This document shows positions 61,707 to 64,000 of a stretch of 64,000 nt of DNA, in pieces. The notes under the pieces are model-generated. The model was not told the origin of the DNA. It saw only the letters and a program-made list of their open reading frames with translations, and made no database searches. Both the position numbers and the translations under genes were made by a program. Location: NCBI GenBank assembly GCA_963762145.1, contig CAVXJS010000014.1:1-64000 (forward strand), written 5' to 3'. Position 1 is the stretch's first letter; every line of letters begins with the position of its first letter. This DNA comes from an uncultured Candidatus Rokubacteria bacterium. Lineage in GTDB: Bacteria > Methylomirabilota > Methylomirabilia > Rokubacteriales > CSP1-6.

Positions 61707-62906
61707 GTGCCGCCCGCGGCCCGCGCCTTTTCCTGGTACCTGGCCGGGACCGGCTCGTGGTTCGCGAGCTCCGGAATGCAGACCATCGTGTTCCCCTGGC
61801 TGGTCACGGTGGTGCTGCACGAGCCGGCGGCGCGGGTCGGGATCGCCCAGACGGCGCTCATGGCGCCGTCGATCTTCCTGATGCTGCTCGGCGGCGCCGT
61901 CGCGGACCGCGCGGATTGCCGCCGGCTGCTCCTGCGCGGGCATCTGGTGGCGGCCGTGCCGCCGCTCGTGCTGGGCGCGGCCATCGCGAGCGGCCGGCTG
62001 GCCTACGGCGGCCTGATCGCGTACGCGCTCGCGGTGGGCGCCGCGGGAGCGTTCGTCATGCCGGCCCGCGACGCGATGCTCACGCGCGTGGCGGGAGGCG
62101 GGCTGGGGCGCGCGGTGGCGGTGATGACCGCCGTCCAGTTCGGGGCGCAGCTCGTGGGGATCGCGCTCGGCGGCAGCGCCGGGGCGATCGGCGCGCCCGC
62201 GCTGCTGCTGCTGCAGGCGGCCGTGCTGGCGTTCGGCGGCCTCGCGGCCCGGCGCCTGCCCTCTGCGCCTCCGATGGCCGGCGCCTCGGATCGGAGCCGG
62301 CTCGGCGCCATGCGCGACGGGCTGCGCGCCGCCGCCGAGTCGCCGATCCTGGTCCCGGTGCTGGTCGCGAACCTGGCGGTGGGCGTGCTCTACGTGGGCG
62401 CCTTCCTCGTGATCCTCCCGCTCATCGTGCGGGACGCGTACGGCGGGGGCTCGGGGCAGCTCTCGCTCGTGAGCCTGGGCTTCTGGGGCGGCACGATCGG
62501 GTCCACGCTCGTGCAGATCCGCCTGGGAGCCCTGCGGCGCCCGGGGCGAGCGATCGTGATGGCGCTCTTCGTCGGGGCCGCGGTCCTCGCCGCCATGGCC
62601 TGGCCCGGGCCCTTCCCGGCCTTCGTGGCGCTCTGTCTCGTCTGGGGCCTGGGGGCAGGCGTGGTCATGACCCAGGCCCGGACGCTGGTGCAGGCGGCGG
62701 CGCCGGAGACGCATCGGGCCCGGATCCTCTCGCTCTTCCAGCTCGGCCTGATGGGCGGGGCGCCGGTCGGCGCCCTGCTGATCGGCTACCTGGCGGCGGT
62801 CACCGGGCCGCGCGGAGCGGTGGTCTATCCCGCCACGTGCATGTTGCTGGTACTGGCCGGGCTGCTGCTGCGCTCGCGCCTCTGGCAACAGGGCGCGGCG
62901 CGATGA
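61707..62906 (+). CDS. MFS transporter
   Basis: About 12 hydrophobic segments, [11 protein letters not shown] motif A. Confidence 0.88.
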   Translation: MPPAARAFSWYLAGTGSWFASSGMQTIVFPWLVTVVLHEPAARVGIAQTALMAPSIFLMLLGGAVADRADCRRLLLRGHLVAAVPPLVLGAAIASGRLAYGGLIAYALAVGAAGAFVMPARDAMLTRVAGGGLGRAVAVMTAVQFGAQLVGIALGGSAGAIGAPALLLLQAAVLAFGGLAARRLPSAPPMAGASDRSRLGAMRDGLRAAAESPILVPVLVANLAVGVLYVGAFLVILPLIVRDAYGGGSGQLSLVSLGFWGGTIGSTLVQIRLGALRRPGRAIVMALFVGAAVLAAMAWPGPFPAFVALCLVWGLGAGVVMTQARTLVQAAAPETHRARILSLFQLGLMGGAPVGALLIGYLAAVTGPRGAVVYPATCMLLVLAGLLLRSRLWQQGAAR

Positions 62907-62913
62907 GACGGGG

Positions 62914-63627
62914 TCAGCGCATCTCGTGGAGGAACGGCGATACCTTGATCTCGGCGCCGAGCAGCTCGCCGACCGCGGCCGGCTGCGCCTGCTCCGTGCC
63001 GACCCGTGACTGGATCCGGACCACGAGGTCGCGGTACGAGGAGGCCTTGATGACCCGGCCGAACTGGGCCCGGTAGTTCGTGATCAGGCTGACCCCGTCG
63101 ATCGTGATGTCCCGCACCAGCCAGCGATTGCCCTGGTAGACCATCCAGTGGTCGAGGTGGATCTGCCGGCCGCCTCGGCCCAGGATGACGGTGCGCACCC
63201 CGGCCCGGTCCCGCTCCACCGTCTCGCCCAGGTAGGAGACGCGAATCCCGTCGCCGTCGATCTCCGCCGCCGCCGCGAGCCAGTAGACGAAGCTGCGCTG
63301 GACGAAGCCCGAGAAGATCGACGTGAACTCACGCTGCTCGACGGGGGTGCGCGCCTTCCACTCAGGCCCCAGCACATCCTCCGAGGCCCCGCGGAAGTCG
63401 AAGACCTTGCTGAACAGGGTGCGGATCGCGACGATGCGCTCGAGGGGCCGATCGTCCAGCGTGGGGTCGGCGATGATCTTGTTGGCCTGGGCGAACGTGG
63501 TCTGCAGCGTGGTGGTAGGCGCGCCGTCCCCGGCTGCGACGTCGGTGACCAGGATCGTGCTGAGCGCGACGAGAGCAAGGACTGCATGGAGCGCCATGGC
63601 CCCAGGAGAGTGCATCGCCTGTGCCAC
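62914..63627 (-). CDS. MlaC/Ttg2D-family periplasmic binding protein
   Basis: FDFRGASEDVLG.EW, WLVRDITIDGVSLITNYRAQF. Confidence 0.82.
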   Translation of the reverse strand: MAQAMHSPGAMALHAVLALVALSTILVTDVAAGDGAPTTTLQTTFAQANKIIADPTLDDRPLERIVAIRTLFSKVFDFRGASEDVLGPEWKARTPVEQREFTSIFSGFVQRSFVYWLAAAAEIDGDGIRVSYLGETVERDRAGVRTVILGRGGRQIHLDHWMVYQGNRWLVRDITIDGVSLITNYRAQFGRVIKASSYRDLVVRIQSRVGTEQAQPAAVGELLGAEIKVSPFLHEMR

Positions 63628-63730
63628 CGGACGCGCCCCGAAGCCGCTCCAAAAGCGAGGGATTGAAGGCGGGATTGCCTACTTCGAACGGGCTGGCGGC
63701 CGTCCCAGATGGACGACGACCGTCAGAGTG

Positions 63731-64000
63731 TCAGCCGCCCTTCAGTCGAGGATCGAGCAGGTCGCGCAGCGCGTCGCCCAGCATGTTGAAGCCGAACACC
63801 GCGAGTGACAGGGCCACCGCCGGCCAGATCGCGAGCCAGGGCGCGCGGTACATGTGGTCGAGGCCCGCCAGCGAGAGCATGCCGCCCCAGGTCGGATAGG
63901 GTGGCGGCACGCCGAGGCCGAGGAACGAGAGGCTCGCCTCGGTCAGGATGACCGTCGAGAGCCCGGTGGTGGCGACCACGATGATCGTCGGCATGACGTT
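63731..64000 (-). CDS. Dpp/Opp-type ABC permease, C-terminal part
   Basis: EASLSFLGLG..PPYPTWGGML, FNMLGDALRDLLDPR. Confidence 0.9.
   Translation of the reverse strand, partial: NVMPTIIVVATTGLSTVILTEASLSFLGLGVPPPYPTWGGMLSLAGLDHMYRAPWLAIWPAVALSLAVFGFNMLGDALRDLLDPRLKGG

Overview
High-GC bacterial long-read sequence that looks chimeric. About 1-4770 resembles an actinobacterial locus (RlmD/TrmA methyltransferase, 4 tRNAs, ECF sigma factor, GAF-ANTAR, STAS, and a T28/A91 artefact). It is fused mid-gene to a different backbone that I infer from gene style is Rokubacteria/Methylomirabilota-like. That backbone carries tadA, large SRP RNA, dnaX-ybaB-recR, glcDEF, moaB, degP, top6B/top6A and 8 tRNAs. 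It is interrupted by two related ~17-kb tRNA-integrated islands in opposite orientation. Island 1 (7232-24196) duplicates the 5' half of tRNA-Ser(CGA); island 2 (38611-56101) duplicates the 3' half of tRNA-Lys(CTT). Both have a broken tyrosine integrase, an Xis-like HTH gene or remnant, a conserved ~550-bp leader, a soluble multi-GAF histidine kinase and a head-to-tail array of orphan ABC-type substrate-binding proteins (SBPs; 12 full-length in total). The SBP genes are joined by a conserved coding junction repeat (18 tail copies) whose 3' part can fold into a bulged, attC-like hairpin. Unrelated cargo (DctP, a methyltransferase, a P460-family cytochrome, a UGA/Sec peroxiredoxin-like gene) sits between junctions. 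Two cargo blocks are shared almost identically by both islands, with breakpoints inside the repeat. The best candidate for an undescribed system is this integron-like cassette array built from protein-coding junctions. Many frameshifts are probably sequencing errors. All product calls are from motif recognition by eye; no searches were run.
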